From: Myxococcales bacterium
GTDB lineage: Bacteria; Myxococcota_A; UBA9042; JABWCM01; BTVJ01
Reading direction: 5' to 3'
Assembly: GCA_045863395.1 (NCBI GenBank)
Contig: BTVJ01000008.1
Coordinates: 1-64,000 of the forward strand
DNA: 64,000 nucleotides
The notes under the pieces are model-generated. The model ran no database searches. It was given only the letters and a program-made list of their open reading frames with translations, and had not been told where the DNA came from. The translations under genes were made by a program, and so were the position numbers. Shown one piece after another: positions 19,005 through 27,478 of this stretch; positions within the stretch are counted from its first letter, which is position 1; each line of letters starts with the position of its first letter.

Positions 19005-20633
19005 ATGAACCGTCTCGCTTACGACAGCCTCGCGCGTGAGGTCCTCTGGCTGCTGCTCGACAGCGGTCGCCTCCGCCCCGCCACCCTGGACCGCATGGTC
19101 GCCTGGGAGGTGTGGTTCTTCCCGCCCCGCATCGACCTCGCCCTGCCCGACGAGGACCGCTTCGCCGCGCTGCTCAACCCCCGCACGCGCGCCGAGCACG
19201 CCGCGATGCTCGCCGCGAGCCTCATGCACGTCGTGACCACCGAGGACCGGGACGGCTGGGTCGTGTGGACCCAGTCCGTCTCCGTCGAGGTGCGCTACGC
19301 GGAGGGGCGAGGGCGACCGTCGGCCACGCCCGTGTACGCTCCGCGGCCGGAGCTGAAGGCCGCTCCGCAGCACGGGGAGGACGGGGAGGCCCTGCTCAAG
19401 GTGCGGGTGGGCTCCGAGACCCAGTGGCTCAAGCGAGGCGACGGCCTCGTCCCCGTGTCACGGGGAGCGCGACGCCCGCGGGTGACCCTCCTGGAGGCGG
19501 TCGAGCCGGCGGACGCCGTCGCCTGGCTGATCGCCAGCGGCCCCGTGCGCATCGAGCATGGCGACGGTCGCGTCGAGACGAGGCCACCGCGCTCCCTCGT
19601 GCCCGTGGAGCGCGACGTGAGGATCCAGATCCGCGGGGCGGGGCTGCGCAGCCTGTGGCAGCGGCTGACCCTCGATCTGGAGGTGCTCGGCGCGTCCCGC
19701 CTGGCGCGCCCGAGCATCGAGCTCTCCCGGGGAGCAGACGCCATCGCCTGGAACCGCAACCGGGAGCTGCGCCTCGTCGTCGGGGAGGCTGTAGATACGC
19801 GCCTCGTGGCGCCGGGGCTCGACCTGGAGCTGACCTCGGAGCCTGGCGACGAGGTCGTCATCCACAACCGCCGGCCCGAGCCAGCGCTCGTCGGGTGGGG
19901 CGACGGTGCTCTGCGCATCGAGGCGGGGGGCTCGGTCCGGGTCCTGGGGGCGCACCTCCGGTCTCTCGGTGACGGGGCCATCACGGTGCGCATGCAGGGC
20001 GCGACGGCGGTGCCGCCCCGCCTCGTGGAGCTGCAGGGGCGGCTCCAGCTTGCGGCTGGGGACGCCACCCGGGACCCGATCTTCGGCTTCGAGCGCTCGG
20101 TGGCGACGGTCTGGCAGGACGGGGTCCTGCTGGGCGGGGACGCCCAGGTGGTGCGGGTCCCCGTGGACGACGCCGCGCTGGTCCGGCCGCTGCTTCGCAT
20201 CGCCTTCGATGGATGCGACGGCGCGAAGGTGATGCCGCTGGACGCCGCCGTGACCGCGGGCGAGCAGGACCTCGCGGCCGGCGTGTGGACCTGGGCCCCC
20301 GACGTGCTGACGGTCGGGCTGCCCGGGCTGCGGATGCGCCTCGAGGCGGTTGCCGGGCGCTCGCGCCTGATCTTCGGCCGCCCGGTGCGGGTGTGCGAGG
20401 TGAGCGCCGACCCGGACGACCGCTGGCAGCTCCACGGGTGGCGCTTCCGCGTCGCGGCCAACGGCCTCGCGGTCAGCGGCACCGGCGGCGGGGACGCGCT
20501 GACGGTCGACCACCAGGAGGTGGGCGGGCCCGCGCTGCTGCCGCCAGCGGCGGAGCACCACGTCCAGACCGGCTCGGGGATGTACCGCATCGTGCGCCGG
20601 TCGGGGCGCGCGCCCATGGTGAGGGAGGCATGA
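19005..20633 (+). CDS. hypothetical beta-rich protein, possibly FhaA-like (DUF3662-like N-terminus, degenerate FHA-like C-terminus)
   Basis: Strong coding bias, ATGA-coupled to the next gene; domain resemblance judged by eye only. Confidence 0.7.
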   Translation: MNRLAYDSLAREVLWLLLDSGRLRPATLDRMVAWEVWFFPPRIDLALPDEDRFAALLNPRTRAEHAAMLAASLMHVVTTEDRDGWVVWTQSVSVEVRYAEGRGRPSATPVYAPRPELKAAPQHGEDGEALLKVRVGSETQWLKRGDGLVPVSRGARRPRVTLLEAVEPADAVAWLIASGPVRIEHGDGRVETRPPRSLVPVERDVRIQIRGAGLRSLWQRLTLDLEVLGASRLARPSIELSRGADAIAWNRNRELRLVVGEAVDTRLVAPGLDLELTSEPGDEVVIHNRRPEPALVGWGDGALRIEAGGSVRVLGAHLRSLGDGAITVRMQGATAVPPRLVELQGRLQLAAGDATRDPIFGFERSVATVWQDGVLLGGDAQVVRVPVDDAALVRPLLRIAFDGCDGAKVMPLDAAVTAGEQDLAAGVWTWAPDVLTVGLPGLRMRLEAVAGRSRLIFGRPVRVCEVSADPDDRWQLHGWRFRVAANGLAVSGTGGGDALTVDHQEVGGPALLPPAAEHHVQTGSGMYRIVRRSGRAPMVREA

Positions 20634-23600
20634 TCCGAGACCTCCTCCAGCGCTACGCGGACCTGAGCGACCCGCAGCTCCACCTGCTCTACCTGGGGCT
20701 GCAGGGGGCGGTGGCGGTGGCCCTCGTCCTCGCGACGCTGCTGGCGGTCCTCCGTCGCGGCGCCGGTGGGTGGGGGGTGCGCGCGAGCGCGGTGGGGGCG
20801 TCGCTGCTCGCCTCCCTGGCGCTGGTGGTGGCCTTTGACGGTGTCCCGCTGGCCGCGGGCGGGTCGCTCAGGATCCCACTCCGGTGGTTCGTAGGCTTCA
20901 CGGCGGCCACCGCCGTCACCGTCGCGCTGACGTCGGCGAGCGCTCGGACGGGCCTCCTCGCCGCCGTCGCCCACGCCATGGCGTCACTCGGCCTGTTGAT
21001 CTATCTGGTCCTGCTCTCTGCCGTGCCCGCCGGGGCCGACCCCACCTGGGAGGTGCAGCGGTTCGCCGACTTCGTGACCTTTGCGTCTACGGGGACCTTG
21101 GGCATGCTCGCAGCCGGGTTTGCGTCCGCGCGGGGCCACGGCGTCCCGACGCGCCTGCTCTTCGGAGCGACCGCAGTGGCGGGCGTCATCGCCGTGGCGG
21201 TGGGCCTCGGCGCCCACCCGCGCCCAGGCATGGCCACCTGGGTGCTCGCGTCCGCGCCGGTTCTGGGAGCCGCACTGTGGCTCTGGTGGATCGCGCGCGG
21301 CCGCGCCCCGCTCCCCGTCGCCCGCGAGACGCTCCGACGCGCCGGGATGGTGCTGGTCGTCGCGTCGCCCCTGCTGATGGCCGCCCTCGCCCTGATGCTT
21401 GGAGGGTCGGGGTCGGCCCGTGAGGTCTCCCGCATCAACGTCCTGGGGCTGGAGATCACGCCGGGCCTCATCGTGCCGTTTCTGTTCGCGCCGGCGCTCG
21501 GCCTGCTCCTGGGGCGCCGCACCGTGTGGGCCGCGCTCGCGCTCACCGCGACGCTCGCCGCGCTCCTGATGGCGCAGAAGGAGGTCGGCAACACGGCCGT
21601 CGTCCTCGGCGTGGCGGCCGTGGCCTTCCTGGTCGTGCGGGGCACGCTGCCCCACCTGCTGGCGGGCGGCGGCCTTGCAGCCGCTGGCGTGGCCCTCGCC
21701 TACCACCTGGCGCCGATCTTCGAGGTCATCCCGTTCACGTTTCGCGAGCGCCTCCACCTGTGGCTGGGTGGGGCGGACCTGGTGCGCCGCGGCGGGCACC
21801 TGGTCTCGGCGAGCCACGTCACCTACGACGTCGGCGGCTTCTGGGGCATCGGCATCCACAGCACGCCGGGCCTCAACCTGCCCCGCACCGTCGTCGCGCT
21901 GGACACGGACTTCCCGCTGGCCATCGTCGGCCTCTACGGCGGCATGATCCTGCTCGCCGTCTACGTGGCCCTGTTCGTGTGTCTCGGGGTGCTGCTCCTC
22001 GACACGGTGCGGCGCCTGGGCTTCTCGGGAGACACACGGCGCGCCCGGCGCACCGCCGCCATCCTGAGCGGCCTCGCTGCCGTCCCTGTCACGTCCACGG
22101 CGATCAACCTGGCCGGTGCGATCACACACCTGACCCCGTTCACGGGGGTTCCCGTCGTCTTCGCGAGCTATGGTGCGATCTTCATCCTTGGGACCTACGC
22201 GATCATTGCCGTCTTCGTGCTTGCGTCCAATCGGGACGCCGTCCGTGCCCTGGTCAAGCAGCGGGCGGAGCGCGCTCTGCATGAGCGCGCAGCCGAGGCG
22301 CTCCCCGACCGTCAGACGCCCCTTGGGGGGCGGGCGAACGAGCCGTCCGTCGTCCTCCCGGAAGGAGGACCCGCCTCCGGGATCGGCGGGCGGCTCGACC
22401 TCGCCCGGCTCCGCATGGCGCTGCGCACGTTCCGGCGCGCCATGCGGTTCCGCACACTGCACGGGGGGCTCGTCGTCGTGATGCTGGCCCTGCCGGCCAT
22501 GGGCGTCGCCTTCGGGCTGCGCCTCCACGACCGCTACACCGACACGGCGCGCCTGTTCGGGCACCCCCGGGTGTGGTCGGAGCTGCGCGTCGAGCCTGGC
22601 GGCGAGGGAGAGACCCGGTGGGCGGTGACGGGCGGCCCCCCTGAGACCACCCGCGGTCCGCTGCTGGAGGGCCAGCGGCTCCGCCTGGACACGCTGGTGC
22701 TTCGCTACCGCCAGGGGCGCCTCCAGGTGCGCGGGTCCTGCTTCCCGGTGGACCAGTGGCAGCGGGGCGTGTCCTTCGGCTTCGCGGGCATGCTCGACGC
22801 GCCTCCGCTGCCTGTGCTGGACCGCCTGGTCGCGCCGATCCTCTCCCGGATGCCGGCCGCCGAGGCCACCAACGACGTGGTGATCCCCCACGGGGACATC
22901 GCGCTGCGCCACGCGCTGGTGACCCGGACGGGCATCGACACCTTCGCGGTGCGCGCCCTGTCTCCTGTGGCCCGGGTCCAGCTCTTCAGCGAGGACGGGG
23001 ACTGGTCGCCGTGGGTCGCAGGAGACGTGCGCCTCGGCCAGGGGTTCTCGCTGGGGCTCGTCGAGCCGCGGCGGTTCGTCCTGGAAGAGGAGCGCGGGAC
23101 CAACGAGATCTGCGCCGAGGTCCAGGAGGGGGCCCTGTTCGAGTACGCCCTGGCGCCGCTCGGGCCCACCATCCTCGGGGGCACGGCGCTGCTCCAGCGC
23201 AACATGGGGCGCACCACGGTGGACTTCGAGCTGGCCGAGGCCATCAAGGCCGCGGGGGAGGACGGGCTGCTGCGCGCCGATCCGCGGCGGGGGCTCGTCG
23301 TCGCCCCGCACGGTCCCGATGACCGCGCAACCTGGGACCCGCGCCGTGTGCGCCTGTTCCGCAAGCTGTTCCAGATCGTCCGCATCCACACGGACGAGGG
23401 CGAGCGGGAGGCGCTGGCGTGGAGCCGCCCCTTCTACCTGGACGGCACGCGGGGCTTCCAGCCGCGCAAGGAGCTCTCTGCCTTCGTCATCGACGGTGAC
23501 CGGGTGCTCGGCCTCGCCGACAGCTTCCGCTTCGCCCAGGCGCTGCCGTCCGGGCACGCCCGCCTGCACCCCGACCGCATGGGCGGCGTCTTTGACCGGA

Positions 23601-25186
23601 CCGGGGCGCCGCTGACCCGCCTCGACGTGGCGGGTCGCCGCATCCTGCCGCTGGTCGAGGGCACGGGCGCGCTGGTCGGCGTGTCATATGAAGACCGGGC
23701 GATCCGCGACGGCCTCCTGCGGGTCTTCGCGCCGCTGCTCCGGGGGCCGGACCCCCTGCCTGACCGTGAGGCGGAGCTCGCGGACCTCCTGCGCGGCGAG
23801 TGGCGGGGCCCCTGGGGATGGGACGTGTTCCTGACCCTGGACGCGGACATCCAGCGGAGGACCTTCGAGGTCGTCGCCGGGGAGATCCAGGCGCTGGAGA
23901 AGCGGGAGAAGGGAACGGTCTTCCACGCCTCGGCGGTGGTGCTTGGCCCCAAGAACGAGATCGTGGCCGTGGCGCAGATGCCGGACGCCGGCCTGCCCTC
24001 GAGCCTCGATGCGTTCGTCGCGCTGCGAGAGCGCCAGCGCACCCATCCCATGGAGGCACCGGCCCTGGACGCCTTCCACCGCCAGACGACCATGGGCTCG
24101 ACCGTGAAGCTGCTGACCACCATCGCCGCCTTCCGGGACAAGCGCGGCGCCATCTTCTTCGATCATGGCCAGTGGTACATCGACGCCCGCGGGGACACGT
24201 CCTACGGCGTGAAGGGGCGCTACGCGGACCGCGGGGGCGTCCTGGCGAGCTGGAAGGGCAAGGGTATCGTCCCGCTGCGAAATTACGGCGGAAAGAGCTT
24301 CGGGCGGGTGGTGTCCGTCCACGACATGGTGGTCCACTCGGTGAACACGGCGGCAGCGTACCTGGGGCTCAACGTGGGGCTCGAGCGCTACCTGGAGCTC
24401 TTCGACGTGACGGGCATGCGCGGGGCGGAGGACCTGCTGCCGCCGGGTCTCACGGACCCCCACGCCCTCGGCTTCCTGCTGGACCGGCACTCACGGGACG
24501 CGGCCACGGTGCTGCCCGCCGCCATCGGGGTCATCCCCAGCAACGAGCGGTGGACCCTGTCCTACACGGCGCGCCTGCCGCTGTCCGGCACGTCGGACTA
24601 CTCGATCCTCAAGCTCGCTGCAGGCGCGAGCATCATCGCGAGAGACGGCGTCTACACGCGCCCGAGCCTGGTCAAGGCGGTGCGCAGCCGCAAGACGGGG
24701 GAGGTGACTGCATTCGAGCCGGCGCCACCGATTCGCGTGATCAGCGCGGAGGACGCCGAGACCATCAACTCCTACATGGTGGACGTGGTGCGCCGGGGCA
24801 CGGCGGCCAGCCTGCGGTGGCGGTGGGGCCTCGACCGGGAGGTCTGGCTCGAGATGGCCGGCAAGACCGGCACGGGCGAGACGGTCAAGCCCATCAAGAA
24901 GGGCGTGGTCTACGACCGCAGGAACAAGCCCAAGACCCGCGACAACAAGGCCTTCATCGGCTTCTGGCCGGCGTCGTCGGCCGAGCCCTACGTCGTCGCG
25001 GTGGTCTTCGAGGAGGCGAGCCACCTGGACTCGCGGGTGGCCATACGCGCGGTGCAGCGCATCGTCGAGGGCATCGTCGAGAGCACGGGGGGGAGCAAGG
25101 GAGCGCCGTCATCCGCCGGCGCCGTGAGGGATGTGCGCGTGGTGTCCCTGGACGACCTGCGCGCGCCAGGAGGTCCGAGGCCATGA
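20630..25186 (+). CDS. fusion of FtsW/RodA (SEDS) glycosyltransferase, FHA-like insert and class B PBP transpeptidase (1518 aa)
   Basis: SEDS: GGFWGIG, LDTDFPLA, PFTGVPVVFASYG; PBP: GGVFDRTG, LTLDADIQ, GSTVK (SxxK), SVN (SxN), KTGT. Confidence 0.9.
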   Translation: MIRDLLQRYADLSDPQLHLLYLGLQGAVAVALVLATLLAVLRRGAGGWGVRASAVGASLLASLALVVAFDGVPLAAGGSLRIPLRWFVGFTAATAVTVALTSASARTGLLAAVAHAMASLGLLIYLVLLSAVPAGADPTWEVQRFADFVTFASTGTLGMLAAGFASARGHGVPTRLLFGATAVAGVIAVAVGLGAHPRPGMATWVLASAPVLGAALWLWWIARGRAPLPVARETLRRAGMVLVVASPLLMAALALMLGGSGSAREVSRINVLGLEITPGLIVPFLFAPALGLLLGRRTVWAALALTATLAALLMAQKEVGNTAVVLGVAAVAFLVVRGTLPHLLAGGGLAAAGVALAYHLAPIFEVIPFTFRERLHLWLGGADLVRRGGHLVSASHVTYDVGGFWGIGIHSTPGLNLPRTVVALDTDFPLAIVGLYGGMILLAVYVALFVCLGVLLLDTVRRLGFSGDTRRARRTAAILSGLAAVPVTSTAINLAGAITHLTPFTGVPVVFASYGAIFILGTYAIIAVFVLASNRDAVRALVKQRAERALHERAAEALPDRQTPLGGRANEPSVVLPEGGPASGIGGRLDLARLRMALRTFRRAMRFRTLHGGLVVVMLALPAMGVAFGLRLHDRYTDTARLFGHPRVWSELRVEPGGEGETRWAVTGGPPETTRGPLLEGQRLRLDTLVLRYRQGRLQVRGSCFPVDQWQRGVSFGFAGMLDAPPLPVLDRLVAPILSRMPAAEATNDVVIPHGDIALRHALVTRTGIDTFAVRALSPVARVQLFSEDGDWSPWVAGDVRLGQGFSLGLVEPRRFVLEEERGTNEICAEVQEGALFEYALAPLGPTILGGTALLQRNMGRTTVDFELAEAIKAAGEDGLLRADPRRGLVVAPHGPDDRATWDPRRVRLFRKLFQIVRIHTDEGEREALAWSRPFYLDGTRGFQPRKELSAFVIDGDRVLGLADSFRFAQALPSGHARLHPDRMGGVFDRTGAPLTRLDVAGRRILPLVEGTGALVGVSYEDRAIRDGLLRVFAPLLRGPDPLPDREAELADLLRGEWRGPWGWDVFLTLDADIQRRTFEVVAGEIQALEKREKGTVFHASAVVLGPKNEIVAVAQMPDAGLPSSLDAFVALRERQRTHPMEAPALDAFHRQTTMGSTVKLLTTIAAFRDKRGAIFFDHGQWYIDARGDTSYGVKGRYADRGGVLASWKGKGIVPLRNYGGKSFGRVVSVHDMVVHSVNTAAAYLGLNVGLERYLELFDVTGMRGAEDLLPPGLTDPHALGFLLDRHSRDAATVLPAAIGVIPSNERWTLSYTARLPLSGTSDYSILKLAAGASIIARDGVYTRPSLVKAVRSRKTGEVTAFEPAPPIRVISAEDAETINSYMVDVVRRGTAASLRWRWGLDREVWLEMAGKTGTGETVKPIKKGVVYDRRNKPKTRDNKAFIGFWPASSAEPYVVAVVFEEASHLDSRVAIRAVQRIVEGIVESTGGSKGAPSSAGAVRDVRVVSLDDLRAPGGPRP

Positions 25187-26394
25187 AGATCACCACCGTC
25201 GCAGTGTTGCTGTTCGCTGGGACTGCGTGGGCGCAGCCTCTCCCAGAGGTGGTCGCGCCGGACGCAGCAGCCGAGGCCGAGGCGCCGGGGCCGCCCGCCT
25301 GGTGCGCGGATCGGGGACCGCTCAGCATCGTGGCTGCCTACGACGCGGGCAAGCACTTCCGCAAGATGGAGGCGCAGGCGCGGGCGGCTACCGATGACCT
25401 CGTCACGACCCTCTGCCCTGGCGACCAGGTGCGCCTGGCGAGCTTCGGAACGACGGTTGACTGGGTGGGCCCCGCCGTCGTGCTGGGCGAGCCGGACAGC
25501 GCGGCGCGGGTCGCGAAGCTGCTGCTCCACCGCAAGCGCCCCAACGACATGAACTCGGTCAACGACAGCCTCGTGAAGACGGCGCTGTCCTACTGGGAGC
25601 GGGGTGGCCTGCGCGAGGGCGACACGCCGGCCCTGTTCGTGTTCACGGACTCCATCGCCAGCGACGCCCCGAAGCGCGGCGCGGTCATGGACTTCCCCTG
25701 GAACGAGCTGCCGACGTGGCTCCACGGGCGGTTCCTGCTCATGGTCTCCCTGCTGGAGCCGGGGTCCCGGCCCCGCATCTCGGTGACGGCTCAGCCCGAG
25801 GCGTGGAAGGACGTCAAGTTCCCGTCGGGGCCGGGGGTCACGTACTCGAAGGTCATGGAGGCGTGGCAGCCGGAGCCGGAGCCGCCGGTGCGCATCGTGG
25901 AGCGGGTGGTGCGCGTCGACCAGACCACCCACGCGGCGCCGTGGCTCCTGTGGTTCGGCACCCTGCCTGGGGTCGCCACCGTGGCAGGCGGGGTCGTCGC
26001 GCTGATGCTGCTGTTCTACTTCATCGGTCGGGGGCGGCGGCGCAAGCCGGTGAAGGCGGGTGCGAAGGCGCACCCGCCAAGAGAGGTGACCCTGGTCCTG
26101 TGGGACCGGCTGCACAAGGAGGTGCTGCGGGAGGAGACCCGGACCCTGGAGGAGACGCTGCGCATCGGCCCCACGAGTGACGCGGACTTCGTGGTGCCCG
26201 GTCCCTACGCGCTCGACCTGGTCAACGGGAACGGGGAGGGCGCCTCGGTGCGCAGCGCCAACATGCTCGGGCTGGAGATGCACAGGGCCGGCGGGCGCAC
26301 GCTGACCCTGGCGGAAGGGGAGGCGTCGCCGCTCCACACCGGAGACCGGGTGGACCTGGGCGGCGGACACGAGATCGAGGTGCGGATTCACTGA
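25183..26394 (+). CDS. signal peptide + vWA-like domain + TM + C-terminal FHA-like domain (403 aa)
   Basis: IVAAYDAG, GDQVRLASFG, LFVFTDS; TM followed by RGRRRK; LRIGPTSDADFVVP...LHTGDRVDLG. Confidence 0.75.
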   Translation: MKITTVAVLLFAGTAWAQPLPEVVAPDAAAEAEAPGPPAWCADRGPLSIVAAYDAGKHFRKMEAQARAATDDLVTTLCPGDQVRLASFGTTVDWVGPAVVLGEPDSAARVAKLLLHRKRPNDMNSVNDSLVKTALSYWERGGLREGDTPALFVFTDSIASDAPKRGAVMDFPWNELPTWLHGRFLLMVSLLEPGSRPRISVTAQPEAWKDVKFPSGPGVTYSKVMEAWQPEPEPPVRIVERVVRVDQTTHAAPWLLWFGTLPGVATVAGGVVALMLLFYFIGRGRRRKPVKAGAKAHPPREVTLVLWDRLHKEVLREETRTLEETLRIGPTSDADFVVPGPYALDLVNGNGEGASVRSANMLGLEMHRAGGRTLTLAEGEASPLHTGDRVDLGGGHEIEVRIH

Positions 26395-26407
26395 CGGAGG
26401 GAGCGAC

Positions 26408-27469
26408 ATGGCGCGCGCGAGGCTGTTCGTCGGATCGGGGACCGAGGTGGTGGTGCAGGCCATCGTGCCGGCGTGCCGGACCATCCTGGATCGGCTCGGC
26501 AGGTGGCCTGACGACCTGTGGGTGCTGGCGGCGGACAGTGATCGGAGGGCAGGGCACCGCATGCACGACGCGGATCTACCACCTGATCGGGTCACCTACG
26601 TGCCTCTGAGCATCCAGCAGGTCAAGGACGCCCTGGCTCGCAGCCGCGACGAGTTCAAGGACGCGTGGCGCGCCGAGTGGCTGCCCATCGTCCGCAGCGC
26701 CCCGGACAACGGCGCCTGCATGGTCCCGTCGCTCGGGCGCCTCATGTTCCGTGCGGCGCGGCCGGCCATCCTCAGGGCGCTGCGCGGCGTGGAGCGGCGC
26801 CTCGGGGACGGGGGCGCGCCGGACATCTACTTCGTGATGAACCCGCTGTCGGGCACCTCGCGCGGCAGCATCTTCGACCTGCCCGTGATGCTTCGCAGCG
26901 TCTGGCCGGACGCGCGAATCCACGGGCTGCTCGTGTACCCGGTGGACGTGGAGTCCATGGACCCGCGGGTCAGCCGCATCTACCAGACGAACTTCGTGGA
27001 GGCGCTGCGCATCCTGGACCACTACACGTCCGAGCGGTCGTGGGACGTCTGGGACGACGCGAAGGGTGGCTGGGAGACCCGGGAAGGGAGGCTCCTGGAC
27101 ACGGTCTTCGCCTTCGATGCGACCTACGGGAACCGCCGCTTGGGGCGCGGGGACAGCTCGGCGTTGCACCTGGAGGGGGGATTGGGTGAGCTCCTCCGCC
27201 ACGTGGCGGATCTTCTGGCGGACATCGGCACCAACGACCGGCTCGCGGACTGGCTGTTGGGCCGGCTGGCCGACGTGGGGCTCCACCACGCGACGGGGGA
27301 GGTGGCGGGACACCGGACGGCCTGCGCCGCGGTGCACGTGGCGCGGGTGCAGGTGGAGACCGACCGGCTGCGGCAGGCGCTGGTCGAGCGGGCCGTGGCG
27401 CGCATCCTGGCGCCATTCGCGGTTCAAGTCGAGGAGCGGCAGGCCCTGGCGGGGCCGGACTTCATCTGA
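26408..27469 (+). CDS. divergent tubulin/FtsZ-like (Tubulin_2-type) domain protein
   Basis: LFVGSG, VLAADSD, NGACMVPSLGRLMF, YFVMNPLSGTSRGSIFD (degenerate GGTGSG), TNFVEALRILD. Confidence 0.7.
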   Translation: MARARLFVGSGTEVVVQAIVPACRTILDRLGRWPDDLWVLAADSDRRAGHRMHDADLPPDRVTYVPLSIQQVKDALARSRDEFKDAWRAEWLPIVRSAPDNGACMVPSLGRLMFRAARPAILRALRGVERRLGDGGAPDIYFVMNPLSGTSRGSIFDLPVMLRSVWPDARIHGLLVYPVDVESMDPRVSRIYQTNFVEALRILDHYTSERSWDVWDDAKGGWETREGRLLDTVFAFDATYGNRRLGRGDSSALHLEGGLGELLRHVADLLADIGTNDRLADWLLGRLADVGLHHATGEVAGHRTACAAVHVARVQVETDRLRQALVERAVARILAPFAVQVEERQALAGPDFI

Positions 27470-27478
27470 GGTGCGACC

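Noticed and set aside
26408..27469. Calling this gene ftsZ
   Set aside because: It lacks GGGTGTG, the T7 loop and the C-terminal core peptide; only a distant tubulin-like call is supportable
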